From the NCBI GenBank assembly GCA_024276495.1, contig JAJRXC010000005.1:64191-128190 (forward strand): 64,000 nucleotides of DNA, read 5' to 3'. Under the pieces are notes generated by a model. The model was given only the letters and a program-made list of their open reading frames with translations, did no database searches and was not told the DNA's origin. The position numbers were made by a program, and so were the translations under genes. Shown piece after piece: positions 44,432 to 54,540 of the stretch. The stretch's first letter is position 1. The number at the start of each line of letters is the position of its first letter. This DNA is from Actinomycetes bacterium (GTDB lineage Bacteria; Actinomycetota; Acidimicrobiia; Acidimicrobiales; Aldehydirespiratoraceae).

Positions 44432-45090
44432 CCACACCCGGGCGTTATGCCGCATCAGATGGATCGTTCGCGAAATCGGCCGGGAGCGCCGCGGCCCGGG
44501 GCGGGGTCCTCATCGCCTTGGCCGTGGTGATCGGTGTGGTCCTGTTGTGGAAGGGCTTCGACGGCGGCGCGGCCGACGCCGACATCGGCGATGCCCAGTC
44601 CAGCGCGGCCGCCACGGGTGACAGCAGCGGGGCCGAGAGCGGCGATCAGGGGACCGTCCAGGTCGAGACGGGCGACGCCACCGGCGAGGACGGCGCGCCC
44701 GTCGACGGCGGCGAAGACGTGACGACCCCCACCGCGCCGACCGACGGAGCGGAAACCGTGATTGACGACCCGTCCGATGTGACCGTCGTGGTCCTGAACG
44801 GCACCACCACGGGGGGCCTGGCCGGCAACCGGAGCTCGGCGTTGGGCGCGGTCGGCTATGTCGTCACGGCCGGCAACGCCGCCACCAACGATGTGGCGGT
44901 CAGCACCGTCTACTTCCTGCCGGGATTTGCCGATGAAGCCGGAGAGGTCGTCGCTGCGCTGAGCGGCCAGCCGGGTGTCCTTTCACCGGCACCAGCCGAT
45001 CCGGCCTCGCTCGCGTCGGATGGTTCGGCCGAGGCCGCCGCCGCGGCCGATGTGATCGTGGTGCTGGGAGCCGACGGCGCACTGTCCTGA
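44428..45090 (+). CDS. LytR C-terminal (LytR_C) domain membrane protein
   Basis: N-terminal TM (GVLIALAVVIGVVLLW), an acidic linker, then VTVVVLNGTTTGGLAGNRSSALGAVGYVV...VYF. ATGA overlap with the upstream gene. Confidence 0.7.
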   Translation: MTTPGRYAASDGSFAKSAGSAAARGGVLIALAVVIGVVLLWKGFDGGAADADIGDAQSSAAATGDSSGAESGDQGTVQVETGDATGEDGAPVDGGEDVTTPTAPTDGAETVIDDPSDVTVVVLNGTTTGGLAGNRSSALGAVGYVVTAGNAATNDVAVSTVYFLPGFADEAGEVVAALSGQPGVLSPAPADPASLASDGSAEAAAAADVIVVLGADGALS

Positions 45091-45092
45091 GC

Positions 45093-45866
45093 GTGGCGTC
45101 CGAACTGCCGGTCTCGTTGGCGCGGGCGCCCGAGCGCGCGGGCCTCTTCGTCGACTTCGACGGTGTGCTCGCCGACATCGTGCCCGAGCCGAACGGCGCC
45201 CGACCGAGAGCCGGTCTGCCCGAGCTGCTGGTGGCGTTGCACGACCGGCTCGGTCGGGTCGCGGTGGTCTCCGGGCGACCCCTCGATTTCATCGCGGGCA
45301 TGATCCCCGCCCCGATCGATCTGGTCGGGCTCTACGGACTGGAGTGGCGCACCGGTGGGGTGACCGGCACGCTGACCGACGCCGAACCGTTCCGGGTCGT
45401 TGTCGGAGAGCTGGTCGAGGAGGCGGTGGACCGGTTCGGCGCTGCGGTCGTGGAGCCCAAGGGGTTGTCGTTGACCATCCACTACCGGGGCGACGCCGCG
45501 TTGGCAGGCCCGATGCGGGAGTGGGCGATCGACCACGCCGAGCAGACCGGGATGGAGTGGCGATCGGCGAAACGCAGCTATGAGCTGCATCCCCCGTTGA
45601 CCTGCGACAAGGGAACCGCGATCGTCGAGTTGGCCGAGGGCCTCGACCCGGTCGTTTATGTCGGCGACGATCTCGGCGATCTCCCCGCGTTCGACGGGCT
45701 CGATCGGCTCGCGGCCGGTGGCGTCGACGCGGTGCGGGTGGCGGTCGCGTCGTCGGAGACCCCGATGAGTCTCCTGCGCCGAGCCGATCTGACGGTCGAC
45801 GGAACGCCGGGGGCGGAGGCCCTGCTCCGGCGCATCCTCGCGCTCACCGAGTCGGCGGTCGGCTGA
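45093..45866 (+). CDS. otsB: Trehalose-6-phosphate phosphatase
   Basis: HAD motif I LFVDFDGVLADIV, VVSGRP, YVGDDLGDLPAF. Confidence 0.85.
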   Translation: MASELPVSLARAPERAGLFVDFDGVLADIVPEPNGARPRAGLPELLVALHDRLGRVAVVSGRPLDFIAGMIPAPIDLVGLYGLEWRTGGVTGTLTDAEPFRVVVGELVEEAVDRFGAAVVEPKGLSLTIHYRGDAALAGPMREWAIDHAEQTGMEWRSAKRSYELHPPLTCDKGTAIVELAEGLDPVVYVGDDLGDLPAFDGLDRLAAGGVDAVRVAVASSETPMSLLRRADLTVDGTPGAEALLRRILALTESAVG

Positions 45867-45870
45867 CCCG

Positions 45871-47238
45871 TCAGCCGACGGCGGCAAGCTGTTCGCGCAA
45901 CCAGTCGGAGGGCGTTCTGGCTTCGGCTCGGCGCCGGAGCTCCTGCGCCTGCGCCGTTCTGGTCGCAGTGTCGAGATCCAGTGCCTCGGCGAGGGCGGTG
46001 GCCTGGTCGGCGATGTCGAACGGGTTCACCGATCGCGCCGCACCGACGAGCTGATCGTGCACGCCGGCTTCGCGGCTCAAGACGACCGTCCCGGCGCGCT
46101 CGTTGACCAGCGGCCCTTCCATCGCGACGAGGTTGAGGCCATCACGGAGGGGGTTGACCAACAAGACGTCGTAGCGACGCAGGTGGGCGACCGACCGGGG
46201 GAAATCGTCGGCGAGATCGAGCTCGATCGGCTGCCAGTCGGCCGTGCCCCACCGTTGATTGACGACCTCGGCGAGCGCCTCCACCTCGGAACGGTAGGCG
46301 AGGTACTCGGGGAGGCCCTCGCGGCTCGGATACCCCAGTGACCGGAACACGACGGTGCCGCGCAGGTCGGGTCGGTCGGCCAGCATCTGGTCGTAGGCCC
46401 GGAACCCACGGAGGAGGTTTTTCGACAGCTCGATGCGATCGACCCGAACGATGAGGCGGCGATGTCCGACCTCGCGATCGATGCGCGCCACCTCTGCTTC
46501 GCAACGGCGCCCGGCGGCGACCGAACGGAGGTCGGCGGCGTCGGGGGCGAGCGGGGAGACGAAGGTGTTCGGCTCCCGGTCGAGGATGTCGTGGCACGAC
46601 TGGCGGAAGTCGTCGGCCCAACGGGCCGAGTGGAAGCCGCAGGCATCGTGGTCGGCCATCCCTTCGAGCAACTCCGCAGCGAGGTCGTGGGGGAGGACCC
46701 GCATCTGCAGCGGTGGCGCGAACGGGGTGTGGGAGAAGTGAACGGTCCGCAGATCGGGCCGGGCGACGCGCAGACGTGGTCCGAGCAGCGCCAGGTGGTA
46801 GTCCTGGACCGCCACGATCGCACCCTCGGGCGCTTCGGCGGTGATCACCTCGGCGAATGCGTCGTTGTAGGCGCGATAGGCGGTCCACGCCTCCCGGAAA
46901 CCGGCGTCGATCACCGGTCGGCGGCTGAGGTCGTGCAGCCCGTGGTGGAGAAACCAGAGCATGGAGTTGCAGACGACGTCGTAGGACTTCGCCATGACCG
47001 CGGCGTCGATCGCCAGCGTTCGGGTTCGGATTCCCTCGGATTCGACGATCCCTCGGGTCGCGGCCTCCCGGTCGGCGTCGCTCAGCGCGGCGGCGATCCA
47101 CACGGTGTCGGTGCCGGACACGAGCGGCGCCAACCCGGACACGAGCCCGCCACCACCCCGGGTGGCGACGAGGTCGTCGCCGTGCCCGTGAAAGGCCAGT
47201 GGGCCGCGGTTGGAGACGAGCACGATGGGAGGGGCCAC
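45871..47238 (-). CDS. otsA: Alpha,alpha-trehalose-phosphate synthase
   Basis: IVLVSNRGPLAF, VQDYHLALLG, VNPLRDGLNLVAMEGP (GT20 signatures). Convergent with otsB with a 4-nt gap. Confidence 0.9.
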   Translation of the reverse strand: MAPPIVLVSNRGPLAFHGHGDDLVATRGGGGLVSGLAPLVSGTDTVWIAAALSDADREAATRGIVESEGIRTRTLAIDAAVMAKSYDVVCNSMLWFLHHGLHDLSRRPVIDAGFREAWTAYRAYNDAFAEVITAEAPEGAIVAVQDYHLALLGPRLRVARPDLRTVHFSHTPFAPPLQMRVLPHDLAAELLEGMADHDACGFHSARWADDFRQSCHDILDREPNTFVSPLAPDAADLRSVAAGRRCEAEVARIDREVGHRRLIVRVDRIELSKNLLRGFRAYDQMLADRPDLRGTVVFRSLGYPSREGLPEYLAYRSEVEALAEVVNQRWGTADWQPIELDLADDFPRSVAHLRRYDVLLVNPLRDGLNLVAMEGPLVNERAGTVVLSREAGVHDQLVGAARSVNPFDIADQATALAEALDLDTATRTAQAQELRRRAEARTPSDWLREQLAAVG

Positions 47239-47261
47239 GGGGCAACGGTAGTTGGGGCACG

Positions 47262-48260
47262 ATGGAAGCGATGCGTGTTCTCGCCTGTGCCGACAAGTTC
47301 CGAGGAACGGCGACTGCCGGAGAGATCGGTGACGCGGTACGGGTTGCGGTGGAGGCCCGTGGCGGTTCCTGTCTCGTGCAGCCGATGGCCGATGGCGGCG
47401 AGGGGACCCTCGAGGCGTTCGGTGGGCCCAACCGGACGTCGACGGTCACGGGCCCGCTCGGTACCCCGGTCGACGCCGACTGGCGGATCAGCGACGGGCT
47501 GGCGGTCATCGAGATGGCCCGGGCATCCGGGCTCTCCCTCGCCGGCGGCGTCGAGGGCAACGATCCGATGGGGGCGACGACGGCGGGAACCGGTGAGCTG
47601 CTCGCCGCAGCGGCGGAGGCCGGGGCGCGACGGATCCTCGTCGGTGTCGGCGGGTCGGCAACCACCGATGGTGGACTCGGTGCGCTGCGGGCGATGGCAC
47701 CGCTCGCCCGTTTCCGAGGAGTGTCGATCGAGGTCGCGTGCGACGTGCGAACCCGCTTCGTCGACGCGGCGGAGGTGTTCGGTCCCCAAAAGGGTGCGAG
47801 TCCGGCCCAGGTCGAGCTGCTCCGCCGTCGTCTGCGACGACTGGGCCAGGTGTATGCCGACGAGCACGGGGTCGATGTCACCGATCTCGACCGGGCCGGC
47901 GCGGCGGGGGGCCTCGCCGGCGGGCTGGCGGTCGTCGGTGCGTCGCTTCGTGACGGGTTCGCGCTGATCGCGGAGGAGGTCGACCTCTATGGCCGCATCG
48001 AGGACGTCGACCTCGTCGTCACTGGTGAGGGTCGGCTCGACCGGACGTCGTTCGCGGGGAAGGTCGTCGGTGGGGTCGCCGATCTGGCCGAGGCGGCGGG
48101 TGTGCCGGTGCTCGCCGTGGTGGGACGGGCGGATGCGGAGGTCACCACCCGATTCCCGGTTCTCGATCTGTCGGCCCGATTCGGCCGAGCGCGGGCGATG
48201 GCGGAGACGACGTCGTGTGTCACCGACGCCGTGGCCGGTTGGCTCGCCTCGTCAGCGTGA
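47262..48260 (+). CDS. Glycerate kinase
   Basis: ADKFRGTATAGEIGDAV, PMADGGEGTLEAF, VGVGGSATTDGGLG, LVVTGEGRLDRTSFAGKV. Confidence 0.85.
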   Translation: MEAMRVLACADKFRGTATAGEIGDAVRVAVEARGGSCLVQPMADGGEGTLEAFGGPNRTSTVTGPLGTPVDADWRISDGLAVIEMARASGLSLAGGVEGNDPMGATTAGTGELLAAAAEAGARRILVGVGGSATTDGGLGALRAMAPLARFRGVSIEVACDVRTRFVDAAEVFGPQKGASPAQVELLRRRLRRLGQVYADEHGVDVTDLDRAGAAGGLAGGLAVVGASLRDGFALIAEEVDLYGRIEDVDLVVTGEGRLDRTSFAGKVVGGVADLAEAAGVPVLAVVGRADAEVTTRFPVLDLSARFGRARAMAETTSCVTDAVAGWLASSA

Positions 48261-48419
48261 TCCCTTGGCGTTGACCACCCAGGCGCCGATGCCGAGGATC
48301 ACGACGATCAGCAGCCCGAACTTGACGATCGAGATGATCGAGGCGAGGACCCAACTCACCAGGGTGACGGCCCCGAAGATGGCGAGCGCGCCGAGGACGA
48401 TGCGGGCCGGCATCGACAT
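48252..48419 (-). CDS. Small two-helix membrane protein (55 aa)
   Basis: MSMPARIVLGALAIFGAVTLVSWVLASIISIVKFGLLIVVILGIGAWVVNAKGSR. It overlaps the glycerate kinase 3' end by 9 nt (convergent). Confidence 0.4.
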   Translation of the reverse strand: MSMPARIVLGALAIFGAVTLVSWVLASIISIVKFGLLIVVILGIGAWVVNAKGSR

Positions 48420-48475
48420 GGTGCGACGGCGGGGGGCCTGTTGGCGGCGTTCGAGTTCCACGCCTCCAGCGTAGA

Positions 48476-48679
48476 TCAGACGGGTCGGCTGATCTCCGCG
48501 GCGCCGTTTCGCAGCGAGATGATGGCGTCGGCGATGTTGAGCAGTTGGTCGCCGGCGTCGCCGTTGCGGGCGAACGCGTCGTCGAGCGCGGTGCGGGCAT
48601 TTGCGGGGCCCACCCCGCACAGTTCGACCACCAGTTCGGCCAGTCGGTCGTGGGCGTCGGCGCGGGAATCGAGCGTCAT
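48476..48679 (-). CDS. Hypothetical small helical protein (67 aa)
   Basis: GC3-rich ORF with a GAGGAG SD upstream. No motif recognised. Confidence 0.4.
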   Translation of the reverse strand: MTLDSRADAHDRLAELVVELCGVGPANARTALDDAFARNGDAGDQLLNIADAIISLRNGAAEISRPV

Positions 48680-48902
48680 CGATCTCCTCGGGAGGGGTTT
48701 CGGGGTGAGAGGGGGCAGCGGCGCAGGCGTCGGACGGCGCGCTGTGTCAATGGCATCGTCGGATCAGGGGTCGGACTGAACCCGATTTCGGCGGGTTGTC
48801 GCGATTTGTCGACGAGCCGCCGGTTGGCGGCCCGACATATCCCGATAAGGTTGGTCGGGATTTATCGGTTTGGTCACGTCCTCGTCTGATGGAGAGAGCA
48901 TC

Positions 48903-49178
48903 ATGAGTGTCACTGTTCGAGTTCCCACCACCCTTCGCACGCTCACCGCGGGCGAGGCCGAGATCGATGTGGAGGGGACCACCGTGGCCGAGGTCCTCGA
49001 CAGTCTCGAGGGTGTCCACCCGGGGTTCAAGGAGCGGATTCTCGATGGTGAGGGGGCGCTGCGGCGTTTCGTCAACGTGTTCGTGAGCGACGATGATGTG
49101 CGGTTCCTGGATGGTCTGCGCACCGAGGTGCCGCCTGGAGAGACCTTGAGCATCGTCCCGGCCGTCGCCGGAGGCTGA
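48903..49178 (+). CDS. MoaD/ThiS/CysO-family sulfur-carrier protein (ubiquitin-like, C-terminal GG)
   Basis: MSVTVRVPTTLRTLTAGEAEIDVEGTTVAEVLDSLEGVHPGF...FVNVFVSDDDVRF...LSIVPAVAGG, ending with the stop directly after the Gly-Gly. Confidence 0.75.
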   Translation: MSVTVRVPTTLRTLTAGEAEIDVEGTTVAEVLDSLEGVHPGFKERILDGEGALRRFVNVFVSDDDVRFLDGLRTEVPPGETLSIVPAVAGG

Positions 49179-49233
49179 CCAGGTTGGGGCCGGAGGCTGA
49201 CCAGGTTGGGGCCGGAGGCTGACCGGGTTCGGG
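49168..49233 (+). repeat. 3 x 22-bp direct tandem repeat (ccggaggctgaccaggttgggg; the third copy has 2 mismatches)
   Basis: Read directly. Copy 1 (49168-49189) contains the last codons and the TGA of the MoaD-like gene. Copies 2 and 3 follow without spacers. Confidence 0.9.
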
Positions 49234-49269
49234 CGCCACGGTTGCGATTCTGCCGCCCTCCGGGTTGAA

Positions 49270-50950
<1,681 letters not shown>

Positions 50951-50961
50951 CCCGCCCCCCG

Positions 50962-50993
50962 GCCCCGGCCCCCCAGGCCCCCGGGGCTTTTCT
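50962..50993 (+). terminator. G/C-run hairpin followed by TTTTCT (probable groEL intrinsic terminator)
   Basis: GCCCCGG ... CCGGGGC followed by ttttct, immediately after the groEL stop. Confidence 0.45.
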
Positions 50994-51028
50994 GAGCACT
51001 TGATCGCGCTGGGCGCGATCAAGTGCTC
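50994..51028. other. Perfect 16-bp inverted repeat GAGCACTTGATCGCGC-tgg-GCGCGATCAAGTGCTC
   Basis: Read directly. A third GATCAAG half-copy follows at 51032-51038. A second hairpin AACGGCCCCC-N8-GGGGGCCGTT lies at 51041-51068. Confidence 0.6.
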
Positions 51029-51124
51029 ACAGATCAAGGGAACGGCCCCCGTTTGCGCGGGGGCCGTTCGTCGTCTCGCCGGCGCTGACACAGTCGGGGT
51101 GGAACTCGGTAGCGTGGCCACGGC

Positions 51125-51613
51125 ATGAGCACCGGCGCAGAACTCCATTCGGCCTGCGAGACCCTGGCCCCCCTGATCGGCACCTGGAGAGGCCCCGGTG
51201 GAGGGCACTATCCGACGATCGACGATTTCGTGTATCTCGAGGAGCTGACGTTCAGCCATGTCGGGAAGCCGTTTCTGGCGATGACGCAGCGGACCCGCAA
51301 CGGCGACACCGATGCCCCCCTGCATGCCGAGGTGGGGTATCTCCGACCGCAGCCGAACCGAGTCGTGGAGCTCGTGCTCGCCCAGCCAACCGGTGTTGTG
51401 GAGATCCACCTAGGCAGGATCAGCGAGGAGAACGACACGCTGACCGTCGACCTTCGAACCGAGCGGGTCGAGGGCACCCGGACCGCGAAGCCGATCAGCG
51501 AGGTCCGGCGGCGGCTCGAGGTGACCGGGAACACGCTCGTGAGCGAGATGTGGATGGCGGCGATGGGTCAGCCGCTCACCCATCACCTGCGCGCCGAGCT
51601 GACGCGGGCCTGA
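51125..51613 (+). CDS. Nitrobindin/FABP-like heme-binding beta-barrel protein (DUF1794; peroxynitrite isomerase family)
   Basis: LAPLIGTWRGPGGGHYPTIDDFVYLEELTFSHVGKPFL is the family N-terminal signature. Confidence 0.75.
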   Translation: MSTGAELHSACETLAPLIGTWRGPGGGHYPTIDDFVYLEELTFSHVGKPFLAMTQRTRNGDTDAPLHAEVGYLRPQPNRVVELVLAQPTGVVEIHLGRISEENDTLTVDLRTERVEGTRTAKPISEVRRRLEVTGNTLVSEMWMAAMGQPLTHHLRAELTRA

Positions 51614-51642
51614 GTCGCCCGCGGTCTCGTAGCCTGACGCAG

Positions 51643-52440
51643 GTGAGTCCACGGTCCCGGAGCGTTCGTCGGTTGGTGCGTCGCTGGTCGACGTCGTCCC
51701 CCGACGCCGGCCGATCACCGGCGGAGCTGGCAACCGAGGAGCCGATGGCGATCGAGCTCGACGGGGTGCGGGTGGCCACGACGATGCGCACCCCCGGACA
51801 CGACTTCGAGTTGGCCGTCGGGTTCTGTCACAACGAGGGTCTGCTCGACGGCCACCGGGTACGCGAGGTGAAGTACTGCGCCAACGGGTCGGCCGCGGCC
51901 ACCGCGTTCAACGTCGTGACGGTGTCGACCGGCGGGAAGGCGCCGCGACCGGTTCCCCGACTCACGACCACGACCTCGTCGTGCGGATTCTGCGGAACCG
52001 ACGAGATCGACGAGCTCGCCACGAAGCTGCCGCCGGTGAGCGGTGCGCTATTCGACTGGTCGGCGATGGCCGGGGCGCCGGCGCTCCTGCGGCGACACCA
52101 GGACCTCTTCGAGACGACCGGTGGAGTTCACGCGGCCGGCGTGGTGGCCCGCGACGGGTCGGTCACCCTCGTGCGGGAGGACGTCGGACGGCACAACGCC
52201 GTCGACAAGCTGGTGGGCCGAGCGCTGCTCGACGCCGAGCTCCCGATGACAGGACAGGCGGTTGTCGTCAGCGGTCGCGCCAGCTTCGAGCTCGTTCACA
52301 AGGCATGGGCCGCGGGCTTTCGGGCGCTCGTCTCGGTCAGCGCGCCGACGGCCCTCGCGGCGGCGACCGCGGAGCGAGCAGGTCTGCAGCTCGCCGGTTT
52401 CGCGCGGGATGGTTCGCTCACTGTCTATGTCGAGGGTTGA
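51643..52440 (+). CDS. fdhD: Formate dehydrogenase accessory sulfurtransferase FdhD
   Basis: EEPMAIELDGVRVATTMRTPGHDFELAVGFCHNEG, SSCGFCG, GGVHAAG, DVGRHNAVDKLVG. The GTG start at 51643 is assumed. Confidence 0.85.
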   Translation: MSPRSRSVRRLVRRWSTSSPDAGRSPAELATEEPMAIELDGVRVATTMRTPGHDFELAVGFCHNEGLLDGHRVREVKYCANGSAAATAFNVVTVSTGGKAPRPVPRLTTTTSSCGFCGTDEIDELATKLPPVSGALFDWSAMAGAPALLRRHQDLFETTGGVHAAGVVARDGSVTLVREDVGRHNAVDKLVGRALLDAELPMTGQAVVVSGRASFELVHKAWAAGFRALVSVSAPTALAAATAERAGLQLAGFARDGSLTVYVEG

Positions 52441-52458
52441 GGTTCCTAGACTCGCTCC

Positions 52459-53139
52459 ATGCTCGATCCGGTCATCACCTCCGAAGGCGTGGCGGTCGTC
52501 CACCTGTTCTGCGCCCGCACTCCCTCGACCGACGACGGGGCGGCCCTCGCCGCGATCGAGGCCGCCGAGGCCGCCGACGTGTCGGTGGTGACGGTCGCGA
52601 TCCTCGGCCACAAGGCCGAGCTCTGTGTCATGGCGATGTGTGTCGATGTCTGGGCCCTGCGGGATCTGCAGACCGGCCTTGCCGGCGCGGGGCTCGAGGT
52701 GGTCGACAGCTTCGTCTCGATCACCGAGTTGTCGGAGTACGCGCAGGGGCTGCCCGACGAGATGAAGAACATGCGGCTCCACCCGGATCTGCCACCGGAC
52801 GGGAAGAACGCCTGGTGCTTCTACCCGATGACCAAGCGGCGCGGGCACGACGACAACTGGTACCGGCTCGACTTCGACCGGCGCAAGGAGCTGATGTACG
52901 AGCACGGCACGTCGGGACGCCAGTTCGCCGGACGCATCGTGCAGCTCATCACCGCGTCGACCGGGCTCGACGACTGGGAGTGGGGAGTGACGTTGTTCGG
53001 CGTGAACCTCGACGATCTGAAGGACACCGTCTACACGATGCGCTACGACACGGCGAGCGCGGTCTACGCCGAGTTCGGGCCGTTCTACACCGGCTTGATC
53101 GGCTCGGCCAAGGACATCCTCGCGCGCACCGCGCACTGA
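52459..53139 (+). CDS. hemQ: Chlorite dismutase-family coproheme decarboxylase (HemQ/ChdC)
   Basis: WCFYPMTKRR, NWYRLDFDRRKELMYEHG, DDWEWGVTLF, TVYTMRYDTASAVYAEFGPFYTG. Confidence 0.85.
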   Translation: MLDPVITSEGVAVVHLFCARTPSTDDGAALAAIEAAEAADVSVVTVAILGHKAELCVMAMCVDVWALRDLQTGLAGAGLEVVDSFVSITELSEYAQGLPDEMKNMRLHPDLPPDGKNAWCFYPMTKRRGHDDNWYRLDFDRRKELMYEHGTSGRQFAGRIVQLITASTGLDDWEWGVTLFGVNLDDLKDTVYTMRYDTASAVYAEFGPFYTGLIGSAKDILARTAH

Positions 53140-53190
53140 GCGCCGCCGCTCGTGGCGGTCGGCGTGTCACCCGGCTAAGTTACTCCGGTC

Positions 53191-54531
53191 ATGCGCGGCC
53201 GTACCCTGCACCCTCGTCTGCTGAGCCGACTGGTGGGAACACTGGTCGTCCTCGGCGCACTCCTGACCCTGTGGACGGCCCCGGCCGGGGCCCAAGACGA
53301 CAACGAGACCGTGGTCGGTGGCACCATCCGGATCCGGGCGGCTGAACCCGACAAGGAGAACACCCCCGTCGAAGGTGTGGAGATCACGATCTCGACCATC
53401 GACGGTACGGAGGTCGGTACCGCGGTCACCGACGAGACCGGGGCCTGGCGCCTGGTCCTGCCCGACGGCGGTGAGTACATCGCCGAGCTCGACCAGTCGA
53501 CGCTGCCCGAGGGTGTGCCGCTGCGAGATCCCGAGCGGGCGACGCTCGACTTCAACATCAACGCCGGATCCTCGCGCAACGTGTTGTTCCCGCTCGGCGA
53601 GATCGTCGGGCCCGAAAGCGACACGATCCAGATCGTGCAGCTGACCATCGACGGCATCAAGCTCGGGATGATCATCGCGATGAGCGCCATCGGCTTGTCG
53701 CTGATCTACGGCACGACCGGCCTGGTGAACTTCGCCCACGGCGAGATGGTCACCTTCGGGGCGATGACCGCCTACATCTTGAGCCAGTACGGGCTCCTCG
53801 GTGGCCTCATCGGCGGTGATTTCGCCATACAGCTCATCATCGCCGGACTGTTGACGTTCGTCCTGGCCGCGGTCGCCGGCGGTTTGTTCAACGAGTTGGT
53901 GTGGAAACGACTGCGCAAACGCGGGGCCAGCCTGATCTCGATGCTGGTGGTCTCCATCGGCTTCTCGATCATGTTCCGCTACATCATGTTGTTCCAGTTC
54001 GGTGGTCGCGTGCGCCGCTATCGCGACTATCAGATCCAGGACACGATCGATCTGAAGTACTTCTCGATCACCCCGAAGGACATCTTCATCATCGTCTTCT
54101 CGACGATCATCTTGATCGGGGTCGGCCTCGCGCTGCAGCGCACCCGCATCGGAAAGGCCATGCGGGCGGTGGCCGACAACCGCGACCTGGCCGAGAGCTC
54201 CGGCATCGACGTCGAGAAGGTGATCCGCACGGTGTGGATCGCGGGCGGCGGGCTCGCCGGCATCGGTGGTGTGCTCTTCGGTCTCACCGAGACGGTCGGC
54301 TGGGAGATGGGGTTCCGGCTGCTCTTGTTGATGTTCGCGGGAGTGACCCTCGGCGGGCTGGGCACGGCCTACGGCGCCCTGCTCGGCAGCCTCGTCGTGG
54401 GGGTCTTCATCCAGACCTCCACCCTTTTCATCCCGACCGACATGAAGAACGTCGGGGCCCTTCTCATTCTCGCTGTCATCTTGTTGATCCGTCCGCAGGG
54501 CCTCTTGGGCCGGGCCGAGCGGATCGGGTAG
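53191..54531 (+). CDS. livH: Branched-chain amino acid ABC permease (LivH-type) with a roughly 150-aa N-terminal secreted extension
   Basis: The core starts near QLTIDGIKLGMIIAMSAIGLSLIYGTTGLVNFAHGEM. The N-terminus has a signal-like helix (LVGTLVVLGALLTLWTAPAGAQ) and a beta-rich segment (GGTIRIRA...VEGVEITISTIDGTEVGTAVTDETGAWRLVLPDGGEYIAEL) resembling a carboxypeptidase-regulatory-like fold. Confidence 0.85.
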   Translation: MRGRTLHPRLLSRLVGTLVVLGALLTLWTAPAGAQDDNETVVGGTIRIRAAEPDKENTPVEGVEITISTIDGTEVGTAVTDETGAWRLVLPDGGEYIAELDQSTLPEGVPLRDPERATLDFNINAGSSRNVLFPLGEIVGPESDTIQIVQLTIDGIKLGMIIAMSAIGLSLIYGTTGLVNFAHGEMVTFGAMTAYILSQYGLLGGLIGGDFAIQLIIAGLLTFVLAAVAGGLFNELVWKRLRKRGASLISMLVVSIGFSIMFRYIMLFQFGGRVRRYRDYQIQDTIDLKYFSITPKDIFIIVFSTIILIGVGLALQRTRIGKAMRAVADNRDLAESSGIDVEKVIRTVWIAGGGLAGIGGVLFGLTETVGWEMGFRLLLLMFAGVTLGGLGTAYGALLGSLVVGVFIQTSTLFIPTDMKNVGALLILAVILLIRPQGLLGRAERIG

Positions 54532-54540
54532 GGGGTCGTC

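Noticed and set aside
48789-48831. A three-segment alternative-pairing arrangement (CGGCGG / GCCGCC / GGCGGC) upstream of the MoaD-like gene, considered as a riboswitch or attenuator (for example Moco-type).
   Set aside because: Short GC-only complementarity is expected by chance at this GC content. I recognise no conserved riboswitch core. A plausible promoter (TTGGCG-16-TAAGGT, 48824-48851) would place these segments upstream of the transcript.
49168-49233. The 22-bp repeats as a CRISPR array.
   Set aside because: The copies are contiguous with no spacers, there are only three units, and no cas genes are in the window.
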